A stretch of DNA of 64,000 bases from Thermodesulfovibrionales bacterium (GTDB lineage Bacteria; Nitrospirota; Thermodesulfovibrionia; Thermodesulfovibrionales; SM23-35). The notes below the pieces were generated by a model, which did not search any database, had not been told where the DNA came from, and saw only the letters and a program-made list of their open reading frames with translations. The stretch lies in assembly GCA_963753165.1 (NCBI GenBank), contig CAVWBP010000009.1, forward strand, positions 58,013 to 122,012, in the 5' to 3' direction. Within the stretch, counting starts at the first letter, position 1; each line of letters starts with the position of its first letter. The position numbers were made by a program, and so were the translations under genes. Of the stretch, positions 1-10,223 are shown piece by piece.

Positions 1-1
1 G

Positions 2-676
2 CTGATAAGGAGCCTTCTTCTCGCTGCAGTCCCTATCCTCATCTCGATTACGTTTCACGAGATTGCTCATGGATACACCGCCTACAAACTCGGCGACCCG
101 ACGGCAAAGATGATGGGCAGACTTACCATAAACCCAATTGCCCATATTGATCCGGTCGGCACGGTACTCATCCCGGTCATGCTGTTCATCCTCTCAAACG
201 GCAGCTTCATCTTCGGTTCGGCAAAGCCCGTGCCTGTGGCCTTCAATAATTTAAGGAATCCGAGGAGGGATTCAGCCCTGGTTTCAGCCGCGGGGCCTGC
301 AACGAATATCATCCTCTCTTTCGTGAGCATCCTGTTGCTCATAGTCCTCTTCAAGGTCGCCCCTTCCCTTCCGTTGACTGTAAACGAGAGGATTATTGCA
401 CCCCTGGAACTTATGCTGAAATACAGCATCTCCTTTAATGTCTTTATTGCAGCGTTCAACCTCCTCCCTATCCCGCCGCTTGACGGGGGAAGGATTCTCA
501 CAAGCCTCCTTCCCGCACAGCATGCATATCAGTTCAGCAAACTCGAACCTTATGGCATTTTTATCGTACTTGCATTGTGGTTTTCGGGGATTGCCCGATA
601 TATTATTATGCCCATACAGGCTTTTATTGAATTAATTATCCGTATATTCCTTATTCCCTTCGGAGGTTTGATGTGA
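2..676 (+). CDS. site-2 protease family (peptidase M50) integral membrane protein; N-terminus lies upstream of the window
   Basis: The frame is open from base 2. The HEIAHG (HExxH) zinc motif is translated from 56-73. The rest is multi-pass hydrophobic (ORF track 110..676). Confidence 0.8.
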   Translation: MIRSLLLAAVPILISITFHEIAHGYTAYKLGDPTAKMMGRLTINPIAHIDPVGTVLIPVMLFILSNGSFIFGSAKPVPVAFNNLRNPRRDSALVSAAGPATNIILSFVSILLLIVLFKVAPSLPLTVNERIIAPLELMLKYSISFNVFIAAFNLLPIPPLDGGRILTSLLPAQHAYQFSKLEPYGIFIVLALWFSGIARYIIMPIQAFIELIIRIFLIPFGGLM

Positions 677-1656
677 AAGAAAGAGTATTAAGCGGCATGC
701 AGTCAAGCGGTAAACTCCACCTTGGAAATCTCGTCGGCGCATTGAACAACTGGGTAAGACTCCAGGACACTTATGATTGTTACTACTTTATCGCTGACTG
801 GCATTCACTGACCACAGGCTATGCAGACACCTCCGCGATAAAAGAATCAACCAGGGACATCCTCATCAACTTTCTCGCGGCAGGCCTCGACCCGGAAAAA
901 TGCACTCTCTTTATACAGTCAAGGATTCCCGAGCATGCTGAACTCCACCTGCTCCTGTCGATGATAACTCCTCTCGGCTGGCTGGAACGGGTGCCGACCT
1001 ACAAGGAAAAACAGCAGGAACTGAAAGAGAGAGACTTGTCCACCTATGGGTTCCTCGGCTATCCGTTGCTCCAGACCGCTGATATCATTATCTACCGGGC
1101 GAAATATGTGCCTGTCGGAATCGACCAGGTTCCTCACCTTGAGATAAGCCGCGAGGTCGCACGCCGCTTCAACTACCTCTATAAGGAGATATTCCCTGAG
1201 CCTGAGGCTTTGCTCACAGAATTTCCGAAGGTTGTCGGCACTGACGGGAGAAAAATGTCGAAAAGCTATGAGAACGCGATCTATCTTTCTGACACTCCCC
1301 AGGAGGTTGAGCAGAAGATAAGGACTATGGTGACTGATCCTGCACGGGTAAAAAAGACCGATCCGGGAGATCCGGAATTATCTCCCGTGTATCAACTTCA
1401 CAAGATATTTTCTTCAAAAGAGGAGATTGAGCAGGTTGCGGACGGATGCCGCACCGCAGGCATCGGCTGTATTGAGTGCAAGAAGATCCTCATCAGGAAT
1501 GTATTCAGGGTTATGGAGCCGATCTGGGCGAAGCGTCAGGAACTTCTGAACAGTCCGGATACTCTTAACGAAATTGTGGAGCAGGGGACTGATAAGGCCA
1601 AAAAGGTTGTGAGAGAGACCATGCACCTTGTCCGCGAGGCGATAGGGTTTTTCTAG
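673..1656 (+). CDS. trpS: tryptophan--tRNA ligase
   Basis: 327 aa with class I aaRS signatures 'KLHLGNLVGA' (HIGH-type) and 'KMSKS'. The GTG start overlaps the upstream stop (GTGA at 673-676). Confidence 0.93.
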   Translation: MKERVLSGMQSSGKLHLGNLVGALNNWVRLQDTYDCYYFIADWHSLTTGYADTSAIKESTRDILINFLAAGLDPEKCTLFIQSRIPEHAELHLLLSMITPLGWLERVPTYKEKQQELKERDLSTYGFLGYPLLQTADIIIYRAKYVPVGIDQVPHLEISREVARRFNYLYKEIFPEPEALLTEFPKVVGTDGRKMSKSYENAIYLSDTPQEVEQKIRTMVTDPARVKKTDPGDPELSPVYQLHKIFSSKEEIEQVADGCRTAGIGCIECKKILIRNVFRVMEPIWAKRQELLNSPDTLNEIVEQGTDKAKKVVRETMHLVREAIGFF

Positions 1657-1674
1657 CAGGCTATTTTTACAGTA

Positions 1675-2751
1675 TTATTGTGAAGTTTCTTCAGTCTCAG
1701 CCGTTTCTTTTCCCGCGGTCCATTCAGAGATAAGAGAATACCCGAGCGCGAGAAGTGTCGGTCCCAAAAAGACCCCGATAACACCAAACGCAATCACCCC
1801 GCCAAGCACGCCGAGAAGAATGAGGACGAAGGGAAGGTTGCCGCCCCGGCTTATGAGGTATGGTTTCACAATATTGTCAACGCCGCTGATCACAAACGTG
1901 CCCCAGAGCGCCAGGAATATTCCCCATGCGGCGCTTTTATAGGAGAAAAGCCATATCGTTGCAGGTATCCATATCAATGGCGGGCCCATCGGAATAAGCG
2001 CAAAAAAGAAGGTGAAAAAACCCAGAAGCAGCGCGCCGGGGACGCCTGCGATAAAAAACCCGATCCCTGCAAGCGCACCTTGCACAGCAGCAGTCCCCAG
2101 GACACCGTACACGACTCCCTTTGTAGTGTTTGCAGCCACCTTGATGAGCCTGTCTGTTCGTTCTCCTGCGATTCTCTTTAAGAAATTCGCAACCCTCTGT
2201 GCCGTCTCCTCTCCGTCGCGATAAAAGAAAAAGCATACGGTAATGCTCAGGAGTATCTGAAAAAGCGCCTGGCCCACAACAGCTCCTCCGGCGAATATCT
2301 GCTGTCTGACAGGCTTAATATATGGCTTCAGGAAGTCCACTAACTGTTCGTGATCGATAGTCCACGTCTGCCAGTATTTCTGGATTTCAGGGCCTATAAA
2401 CGGCAGCTGGTCTACCCATGCCGGCAGCGCCGGCAGACCTTGATCGTACATCTCACGTATTTTTGCAACAAGTGTTGTTGCTTCGTTCGCGAAACTTATG
2501 CTGATGACAACAACAGGTATCACAAATGCGCAAATGAGCAGGAAAGTCATCACCGAAGCAGCGAGTGTTTTCCTGCCTTTAAGGACCCGCACCCACCATT
2601 CATATACAGGCCATGTGGAAAAAGAAAGGATCACTGCCCATAAAAGAGCGGAGATGAAGGGGCGGAGGACGAAAAAACAGCCTAGAATAATAATGAAGAG
2701 GACAACAGCGCTAACGAGGTGCTCAATATGTTTGTCCTTTTCTTCAATCAA
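1675..2751 (-). CDS. AI-2E family transporter (PerM/UPF0118-type permease)
   Basis: 358 aa multi-TM protein with the C-terminal half typical of the family ('FFFALIPMGPPLIWIP', 'GVIGVFLGP'). It is convergent with trpS. Confidence 0.8.
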   Translation of the reverse strand: MIEEKDKHIEHLVSAVVLFIIILGCFFVLRPFISALLWAVILSFSTWPVYEWWVRVLKGRKTLAASVMTFLLICAFVIPVVVISISFANEATTLVAKIREMYDQGLPALPAWVDQLPFIGPEIQKYWQTWTIDHEQLVDFLKPYIKPVRQQIFAGGAVVGQALFQILLSITVCFFFYRDGEETAQRVANFLKRIAGERTDRLIKVAANTTKGVVYGVLGTAAVQGALAGIGFFIAGVPGALLLGFFTFFFALIPMGPPLIWIPATIWLFSYKSAAWGIFLALWGTFVISGVDNIVKPYLISRGGNLPFVLILLGVLGGVIAFGVIGVFLGPTLLALGYSLISEWTAGKETAETEETSQ

Positions 2752-2885
2752 GCGGTTCTCCCTACGCAGTAAATATGCTCAGACAGGTACAAGCTGATAA
2801 ATGCTGGTTTAACTATATCATCAGCACGGAAGCCTGTCAATTATTGTTGTTCCGGACAATGACGGATTGCAGTATAATGTAAAAA

Positions 2886-4019
2886 ATGACTTCACACCCT
2901 GAAATAACCTTCCGGAAACCGGCAGATGATACCCTGCTTGTCAGGCTTACGGGCGAGTGGACGCTTCATGAAAAACTCCCTTCCTCTGAAGAAGTGGAAA
3001 AGCAGTGCGAAAAAGACACGGGCATTCAACAGGTCCTTTTTGATCCGGCAGACCTTGCCCGATGGGACAGCGGACTTCTTGTCTTTCTCACAAAGGTTAT
3101 CGATTTTTGCGCACAAAAAAATATCCGGATCGAAAAAGAGAGCCTGCCGCAGGGAGTGCAAAAACTGCTTGCCCTTGCCTCACCCGACAATCAGCGGGAA
3201 GGGATAAGCCGGGGAGCGTCGCAAAAGACTTTTTTGGTAAAAGTTGCTGATGCAACCATTCGCTTCATACAGTCCTCACAGGAAATGCTCGCTTTCATCG
3301 GGGAGGCTTTTCTTGCGTTCATGAAACTGCTGCGGGGAAAAGCCAGTTTCCGTGGTTCCGATCTTCTCATGGTGATCCAGGACACCGGCGCGCAGTCTCT
3401 GCCGATTGTTTCACTGATAAGTATACTGGTCGGATTGATTCTCGCGTTTGTCGGCGCCATTCAACTGGAGCTGTTCGGAGCCCAGATATATGTTGCAAAT
3501 GTCGTGGGGATAGGCATGACGCGGGTTATGGGCGCCATTATGGCCGGTATTATCATGGCAGGCCGCACCGGCGCATCTTTTGCCGCGCAACTCGGCACAA
3601 TGCAGGTGAACGAAGAAATTGATGCGCTCAGGACTTCGGGCATCTCGCCTATGGAGTTCCTCGTCCTGCCCCGCATGCTCGCGCTCACCCTGATGATGCC
3701 GCTCCTCTGTCTGTATGCTGATTTTATGGGCATCCTCGGCGGTCTTTTTGTCGGAGTGACCATGCTTGACCTTAATCTTATGGAATACTACTATCAGACA
3801 CAATCTGCGGTCACGCTGACCCACTTCTGGGTAGGCCTGTTCCATAGCGCAGTGTTCGGCGTGCTTGTTGCGCTCTCGGGATGCCTGCGGGGGATGCAAT
3901 GCGGCAGAAGCGCTTCCGCAGTTGGATATGCCACAACCTCGGCAGTGGTAACCGGAATTGTGAGCATTATCATCGCAACGGCAATCATCACGTTCGGATG
4001 CAATGTGTTGGGTATTTAA
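2886..4019 (+). CDS. MlaE-family ABC transporter permease with N-terminal STAS-like domain
   Basis: 377 aa. A soluble ~110 aa N-terminal domain is followed by a permease core ('MGAIMAGIIMAGRTGASFAAQLGTMQVNEEIDAL'). It is the first gene of a 5-gene Mla/Pqi-like operon. Confidence 0.85.
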   Translation: MTSHPEITFRKPADDTLLVRLTGEWTLHEKLPSSEEVEKQCEKDTGIQQVLFDPADLARWDSGLLVFLTKVIDFCAQKNIRIEKESLPQGVQKLLALASPDNQREGISRGASQKTFLVKVADATIRFIQSSQEMLAFIGEAFLAFMKLLRGKASFRGSDLLMVIQDTGAQSLPIVSLISILVGLILAFVGAIQLELFGAQIYVANVVGIGMTRVMGAIMAGIIMAGRTGASFAAQLGTMQVNEEIDALRTSGISPMEFLVLPRMLALTLMMPLLCLYADFMGILGGLFVGVTMLDLNLMEYYYQTQSAVTLTHFWVGLFHSAVFGVLVALSGCLRGMQCGRSASAVGYATTSAVVTGIVSIIIATAIITFGCNVLGI

Positions 4020-4128
4020 GACATAATACCTCCGCGTTCACGGAGGAGAAGGAAAAAATGGAGAACGTATCGAAAAATTTATTACACCATTCCTTTCTGC
4101 GGAAAGGAATGAATAACCGGGAGCTGTC

Positions 4129-4902
4129 ATGTCATCACAACTCCGGATAGAAGTGCGCGGGCTTGATATGGGATATGACGGCTTTGTGCTCATGCACGAT
4201 CTGAATTTTATCGTCAACAAAGGCGATATCTTTATCATCATGGGCGGAAGCGGATGCGGAAAAACCACATTAATGAAAATTCTTGTCGGGCTCAAGGAGC
4301 CTCTTCGCGGACAGGTTTTTTACAACGGGATGAACTTCTGGGAAGCCGATCCAACGGAGCGGGAGAAGACCATGAGGAGCTTCGGCATCCTTTACCAGAG
4401 CGGGGCATTGTGGAGTTCCATGACCCTGGCAGAGAATATCGCGCTTCCGCTTGAACAGTACACTGCGCTGAATCGCAGCCAGATCAGGGAAGTCGTTTCG
4501 CTGAAACTCGCACTTGTCGGACTGGCAGGATTCGAGGACTTTTATCCTTCGGAAATCAGCGGCGGGATGCGAAAAAGGGCCGGTCTTGCAAGGGCCATGG
4601 CGCTTGATCCCGATATCCTTTTCTTTGACGAACCGTCTGCAGGACTGGACCCGGTCAGCGCCCGTCTTCTCGACGACCTGATTCTTGAACTCAGGGACAG
4701 CCTTGGCGCAACGATAGTCGTCGTCACCCATGAACTGGCCAGCATCTTTGCGATAGGGAATAATGCGGTCTATCTCGATATCGAGACAAAGACGATCACT
4801 GCATCCGGAAATCCGAAGAAGCTTCTCGCCGAATCACGTGATCCGAAGGTTATCAGGTTTTTGACCCGTGGAGAGAAAATATTGGAAGGAGCCAAATTAT
4901 GA
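4129..4902 (+). CDS. ABC transporter ATP-binding protein (MlaF-like)
   Basis: 257 aa with Walker A 'GGSGCGKTT', signature 'ISGGMRKR' and Walker B 'ILFFDEP'. Its stop overlaps the next start (ATGA). Confidence 0.9.
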   Translation: MSSQLRIEVRGLDMGYDGFVLMHDLNFIVNKGDIFIIMGGSGCGKTTLMKILVGLKEPLRGQVFYNGMNFWEADPTEREKTMRSFGILYQSGALWSSMTLAENIALPLEQYTALNRSQIREVVSLKLALVGLAGFEDFYPSEISGGMRKRAGLARAMALDPDILFFDEPSAGLDPVSARLLDDLILELRDSLGATIVVVTHELASIFAIGNNAVYLDIETKTITASGNPKKLLAESRDPKVIRFLTRGEKILEGAKL

Positions 4903-5893
4903 GCAAACAGGCAAACAAGACGCTTATCGGAGCGTTCGTCATCGGATCTATTGCCCTGCTTGTAGCTGCTGTCCTTATTCTTGGCGGAGGAAAGTTATTC
5001 AGCAATAAATTCAAGGTGGTGATGTTCTTCGATGGATCGATAAAGGGACTCAATGTCGGTTCTCCCGTGATGTTCCGGGGAGTAAAGGTAGGGACAGTGT
5101 CCGATATCAACCTGATGCTTGACGCCAGGGCCCTGTCCTTTCAAACTCCTGTTGTCGCTGAATTAGACCCGGCGCGATTGGTGCTCACAGGGGGGGTGAA
5201 CGTGACGATCCATCAAGGCTTCAGGCTCTCATAGGCCATGGGCTGAAAGCACAACTTCAGCTGCAGAGCATCGTCACCGCACAGCTCCTGGTCGCCCTGG
5301 ACCTTTTTCCGGACAAACCTGCCCATTTTGTGGGGCTTGTGAAAGAATATCCGGAAATTCCGACCGTTCCGACTTCCCTCGCGGAACTGTCGAAAGCAAT
5401 AGAGGACCTCCCCCTGAAGGAGATTATCATGAACCTGAACAGCGCAATGGACGGTATACAGAAGATCGTCAATGCACCGGAGGTAAAAGAAGATATCCAG
5501 ACCCTCCACCTCACGCTTCAGGAAGCACGCGAACTTATCAGGAATATTGACCAGAAAATCGACCCGCTGATAACAAATTTGAACGCGTTAACTGATGATG
5601 CGCGCGGTTCTCTGGGTCAGGCAAATAACACTCTGTCCGCGATAGAAAAAGAAGCACAGGAAATCGCAACCACGACAAAGAAAACCCTGGAATCCGCACA
5701 GTCCGCGCTCAGAAAGTCTGAAAATGCTTTCGCCACCTTTTCAGACGATTCGCAGCTTTTATTCGAGACCAGGAAAACCCTCAAGGAATTGTCTGCGGCT
5801 GCCCGTTCTCTCCGGGTTCTCTCCGAGTATCTGGAACAGCACCCCGAAGCACTCCTCAGGGGAAAACCTAACCAGGAAGGAGCATCACAATGA
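4899..5893 (+). pseudogene. MCE-domain (MlaD/PqiB-like) substrate-binding protein, reading frame broken once
   Basis: ORF 4899..5234 gives a TM anchor plus MCE domain ('GLNVGSPVMFRGVKVGTVSDI'). The same protein continues in another frame ('LIGHGLKAQLQLQSIVTAQLLVALDLFPDKP...', joining ORF 5330..5893). The switch maps to a G7 run at 5190-5196. Confidence 0.8.
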
Positions 5894-6504
5894 GGAAATA
5901 TTCATTGTTTCTTTCCGCAAACTGCGTTTTTTTCGTTCTTCTCATAATTTCAGCAGGGTGCAGGAGCAGCCCTCCCACCAAGTTTTATGCACTGACCGCT
6001 CTGAGCGATGAAACCCCGACGCAACAGGTTCCCGCTGCCGGCGGTCACCTTTCCGTAGGTATTGATCCGGTCCAGATCCCTGATTATCTGGACCGACCCC
6101 AGATCGTAACCCGGAGCGGGATGAATGAATTGAAGCTTGCGGAGTATGACAGGTGGGCAGGGTCTCTCGGCGAAAATATCACTGCAGTCATTGCGGAAAA
6201 CCTCTCGCTCCTGCTCTCAACGGATAACGTCTTTCCCTATCCATGGAATTCTTCGACCCCTGTGGATTACAGGGCAAGAATAAATATCATCCGGATGGAG
6301 AGCATTGCGGGCGATCACGTTGAGCTCAAGGCAATATGGACAGTTTCATCCGGCAGGGAGAACAAAGAGGTCCTGACAAAGGCATCTGTTTTCAGAGAAC
6401 CGTGGAGCGGACGGGGATATGAAGCAATGGCCGCGGCCATGAGCAGAGTATTGGAAAACCTGTGCCGGGAGATAGGTGCGGAGATCCGGAAGATAAACGA
6501 TTGA
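5890..6504 (+). CDS. ABC-type transport auxiliary lipoprotein (PqiC/DUF330-like)
   Basis: 204 aa with a signal peptide and lipobox 'LLIISAGC'. The start overlaps the upstream stop. It is the last gene of the Mla/Pqi-like operon. Confidence 0.7.
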   Translation: MRKYSLFLSANCVFFVLLIISAGCRSSPPTKFYALTALSDETPTQQVPAAGGHLSVGIDPVQIPDYLDRPQIVTRSGMNELKLAEYDRWAGSLGENITAVIAENLSLLLSTDNVFPYPWNSSTPVDYRARINIIRMESIAGDHVELKAIWTVSSGRENKEVLTKASVFREPWSGRGYEAMAAAMSRVLENLCREIGAEIRKIND

Positions 6505-6582
6505 TGCAGCATTCAGGTTGCTATGGAAATTCCAAAAGGAGTTGGACATACCAGGGAAATGTGACCGCCTCGAATTTTGCAC

Positions 6583-7305
6583 TTATATTTTTATTCCGAA
6601 ATCCGGGATAAAACGGGTCAGCTCACGCACTTTGTCAAAAAGGAGCATGAGGCCGAAAATTATGAGGATAAGACCGCTTACTATCATGATTACCCGCATA
6701 TGTTTGACAATCCTCGGCGTATAGCTGAGAAACAGGTTGAGTCCCACTGCCGAGAGAAAAAAGGGGACCGCAAGGCCAAGAGAGTATACTGCCAGCAACT
6801 GGAATCCGAAGAGCGCTGAGCCCTTTGAGCCTGCATAGAGAAGGATCGTTCCCAGAATCGGTCCTATGCAGGGGCTCCAGCCTGCCGCAAAGGTCATCCC
6901 CACAAGAAAAGTCCCGATATACCCGCCGGGCTTCCCGCTGAGATAGATCTTTTTGTCCAGCATAAGAAAATCGAGCTTCACGAGACCGGACACGAAAAGT
7001 CCAAAGAGTATAATTAATATCCCTCCGATAATCCGTATATAATCCGCATAGGCGTCGAAGAACCTGCCCAGGGCTGAGGAGGAAATACCAAGGGCGATGA
7101 AGACCGCCGAGAACCCTGCTATGAATGCAAGCGAGTTGGTGATCGTCAGATAATGTATCTTCTTTCTGTCTGTCCCTACGGTAAGGTCTTTAAAGGAAAT
7201 GCCGGTGATAAATGAGACATACGAAGGAACGAGCGGAAGCACACAGGGAGAAAGAAAAGACGCCACTCCTGCAAGAAAGGCTAAAGGAAAAGAAACGTCT
7301 GTCAT
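6583..7305 (-). CDS. ccdA: cytochrome c biogenesis protein CcdA (DsbD-type thiol-disulfide transporter)
   Basis: 240 aa, about 6 TM, with conserved Cys-Pro motifs 'FLSPCVLPLVP' and 'GWSPCIGPILG'. Confidence 0.87.
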   Translation of the reverse strand: MTDVSFPLAFLAGVASFLSPCVLPLVPSYVSFITGISFKDLTVGTDRKKIHYLTITNSLAFIAGFSAVFIALGISSSALGRFFDAYADYIRIIGGILIILFGLFVSGLVKLDFLMLDKKIYLSGKPGGYIGTFLVGMTFAAGWSPCIGPILGTILLYAGSKGSALFGFQLLAVYSLGLAVPFFLSAVGLNLFLSYTPRIVKHMRVIMIVSGLILIIFGLMLLFDKVRELTRFIPDFGIKI

Positions 7306-7420
7306 ATAATTACTCTAACGCAGAGGTTAAGAAATGTAAAATTCAATTTCCGAATAATTACAAAAATATATAAAGCGTTCACACATCTGTGAGAACTAAG
7401 CGAGCACCAAACCCCTCGCA

Positions 7421-7766
7421 ATGTTTTCGTTTTTAAACCCCTCTCATGTTCAAAATTTCCCAACTAATTTAAGGGATGCAGTGGTATCCCTGCTCTGCAA
7501 AATCCGGGGCGAGCGTAAAGGAGGTTTTTATCCTGAGGGTTTTCATTCCCTGAAAGCTCACTCAATCTGTTTCAGGTTTCATTTATCTTGTGGTATTATT
7601 CTGAAAGATACGCCTGACAACAGAATTCTTGAATGCGCCGGAGGGTGTAAGGCAGATCTGGTTGTAACAGGGGATAACCATCTTCTTTTTGTTGAAGGAA
7701 TTTAAAGGCATCGGCGTTGCAAGGGTCGCAGATTTTTTGCATACTTTTAGAACTGAACCAGCCTGA
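7421..7766 (+). pseudogene. remnant of a PIN-family toxin gene (C-terminal part only, frame broken)
   Basis: The tail 'DTPDNRILECAGGCKADLVVTGDNHLL' matches the usual C-terminal PIN signature. After a T5 run (7686-7690) the next frame reads 'LLKEFKGIGVARVADFL...' to a stop at 7764-7766. No convincing N-terminal PIN half or partner antitoxin was found. Confidence 0.4.
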
Positions 7767-7785
7767 AATTTATTGGGAGTGAATT

Positions 7786-8346
7786 ATGAAAGAACGACTG
7801 ATTGAACTCGTCATAGAAAAGGCATTTAAATACAGCAAGGAGCCTGTTTTTAAATTGGTGTCCGGCAGGACGAGCAACTATTACTTCAACTGCAAGGCAG
7901 TGACCCTCCATCCTGAAGGAATGTACCTGATTGGAAATACTGTATTTGATATCATCCGGGACCTCGATATTCAGGGCATAGGCGGACTCACTCTCGGAGC
8001 AGACCCTATCGCGAATGCAGTTTCGTACACTTCATATCTCAAGGGCAAACCCATCGAGGCGTTTGTCGTCCGGAAGAGCCCGAAATCCCACGGGACCATG
8101 CTGTGGATTGAAGGGAATATAACCGAGGGAGACAAGGTTGTGATTATTGATGATGTCATTACCACAGGCAAATCAACCATCGAGGCTATCACGAGGGCGA
8201 AAGAGGCCGGTCTTGAGATAAGAAAAGTGATCGCCCTCATCGACAGGCAGGAGGGAGGCCGGGAGGCTGTTGAGGCGCTTGGATACAAGCTCGATACGGT
8301 TATTACCAGAGATGAGGTAATGGAGCGCTACAAGAATGTCCTTTAA
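7786..8346 (+). CDS. pyrE: orotate phosphoribosyltransferase
   Basis: 186 aa with PRPP-binding loop 'VVIIDDVITTGKST' and an RBS-like GGGAG upstream. Confidence 0.9.
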   Translation: MKERLIELVIEKAFKYSKEPVFKLVSGRTSNYYFNCKAVTLHPEGMYLIGNTVFDIIRDLDIQGIGGLTLGADPIANAVSYTSYLKGKPIEAFVVRKSPKSHGTMLWIEGNITEGDKVVIIDDVITTGKSTIEAITRAKEAGLEIRKVIALIDRQEGGREAVEALGYKLDTVITRDEVMERYKNVL

Positions 8347-8358
8347 CGAGTTGGAAAT

Positions 8359-9228
8359 CTACGACTCCTCGGTCCCCCATAATCTTGGGTCGATCGCATC
8401 TCTCAGCCCTTCGCCGAACAGGTTATAGCTCATCACGGTTATCAGGATCGCCAGTCCCGGGAATACCGAAAGCCACCATGCAATCTCGATGTTGTCCTTG
8501 CCAGACGTAAGGATATTCCCCCAGCTCGGGGTCGGCGGCTGTACGCCCAACCCCAGGAAACTCAATGCCGATTCTACAAGGATGGCGCTCGCCACACCGA
8601 GAATCGCGGAGACAAACACCGGGGCCATGCTGTTGACCATGATATGTTTCAGAATGATCATCAGATCGCTCACGCCGAGCGCCCTCGCAGCGAGGACATA
8701 TTCTCTCTCCTTCAGGGTAAGAAACTCTGCCCTCACAAGCCGCGCCACACCCATCCAGGAGGTGAGCCCTATGATTACCATGATATTCCAGATGCTGGGG
8801 CCTATGAATGCAATAACTGCGAGGATCAGAAAGAACGTGGGGATCGAAAGCATAATATCGATGAACCGCATAATGATCCTCTCGGCCCAGCCTCCATAAT
8901 ACCCTGCCATTGAACCGAGCAGGATGCCTATCAGGGTAGCAATGCCTACTGCGACGAATCCTACGGCAAGGGAAATGCGGGAACCCCATACCATTCTGCT
9001 CATGATGTCTCTGCCGAGTTCATCGGTCCCGAGCGGATGCGTAATGCTTGGGGGATTCAGGATATTGTGCCGGTCGATTTCGTTCGGGTCATAGGGAGAG
9101 AATATCGACGCAAAGGCCGCGACAAGGAAGAGGACCAGCACCATTACGCCGCCGATAAAGGCCAGTTTATTCTGCCTGAGCCTTTTCCAGTACATCTTCA
9201 GGGGTGATTTTTTCATTCTGCTGTTCAT
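8359..9228 (-). CDS. ABC transporter permease, peptide/nickel family (DppC/OppC-like)
   Basis: 289 aa with an N-terminal OppC-type segment and an EAA-type loop ('[21 protein letters not shown]'). Confidence 0.88.
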   Translation of the reverse strand: MNSRMKKSPLKMYWKRLRQNKLAFIGGVMVLVLFLVAAFASIFSPYDPNEIDRHNILNPPSITHPLGTDELGRDIMSRMVWGSRISLAVGFVAVGIATLIGILLGSMAGYYGGWAERIIMRFIDIMLSIPTFFLILAVIAFIGPSIWNIMVIIGLTSWMGVARLVRAEFLTLKEREYVLAARALGVSDLMIILKHIMVNSMAPVFVSAILGVASAILVESALSFLGLGVQPPTPSWGNILTSGKDNIEIAWWLSVFPGLAILITVMSYNLFGEGLRDAIDPRLWGTEES

Positions 9229-10223
9229 TTCGCCCTTATCCTCGGGTCCGTAAGCATATACCCTATATCAGCGAGAAGATTGCCCAGCAGCGTCAGGAAA
9301 GCGCCTATGGTGAGGATCCCCATGACGAGGGGATAGTCTCTGGTCATCACGCTCATATAGAAAAGCTGTCCCATTCCCGGTATGCCGAAAATATTCTCGA
9401 AGATTACACTGCCGCCTATGAGACCGGGGACCGCGAGACCGAGCAGTGTGATAATAGGGAGCAGGGCATTGCGCAGGGCATGACGGTATACGACCGTATT
9501 TTCGTGCAGCCCCTTGGCCCTTGCAACGGTGATATAATCCTGCCGTATTACTTCGAGCATGCTGCCCCTCATAAACCGCGAGAGCCCGGCGAGTCCTCCG
9601 AATGAAGAGATGAACACCGGAAGAATGAGATGCTCTGCCCTGTCCCATATCTTTCCGAAAACCGACAGGGTATTGTAGTCCATGGACTTTAACCCTGATA
9701 TCGGCAGCCATCCGAGGTGGATTCCGAAGAGCATCATCAGGAGAAGGGCAAGCCAGAAGCCGGGTGTGGCAAATCCGACGAAAACCGTAACGGTCGTCAC
9801 CTTGTCGGAAAACGATCCCTGGTGTGTGGCAGAGAACACCCCGATTGGTATGGCGATCAGAAAGATCAGGAGCATCGAAAGCGCGTTGATAACAAAGGTG
9901 ATGAAGAGCCTCCTCTCCATCAACGGCTGTTTGGTGTCCCATATTTTTTCGATGACCGGTCTTCTGTCAGTCGAGAACGATTCTCCGAAATCAAATTTCA
10001 CGATCCTTTTGAGCCATAGTCCATATTGAGTGTATACCGGCTTGTCAAGGCCGTAGTATTTTTCGAGGCGCTCCCGCGCTTCAGGCGTAATCTTGGGGTT
10101 CATTTCGGTGAGCACATCCGTCGGCTTTCCCGGAGCGAGGTGGATAATCAGAAACGAGAGGATCGTGATGCCCAGCAGCGTGGGGATCATTTCGAGGAGC
10201 CGTTTCACAAGATACGATATCAT
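9225..10223 (-). CDS. ABC transporter permease, peptide/nickel family (DppB/OppB-like)
   Basis: 332 aa starting '[32 protein letters not shown]', with an EAA loop '[11 protein letters not shown]'. It overlaps the downstream permease by 4 nt. Confidence 0.88.
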   Translation of the reverse strand: MISYLVKRLLEMIPTLLGITILSFLIIHLAPGKPTDVLTEMNPKITPEARERLEKYYGLDKPVYTQYGLWLKRIVKFDFGESFSTDRRPVIEKIWDTKQPLMERRLFITFVINALSMLLIFLIAIPIGVFSATHQGSFSDKVTTVTVFVGFATPGFWLALLLMMLFGIHLGWLPISGLKSMDYNTLSVFGKIWDRAEHLILPVFISSFGGLAGLSRFMRGSMLEVIRQDYITVARAKGLHENTVVYRHALRNALLPIITLLGLAVPGLIGGSVIFENIFGIPGMGQLFYMSVMTRDYPLVMGILTIGAFLTLLGNLLADIGYMLTDPRIRAK

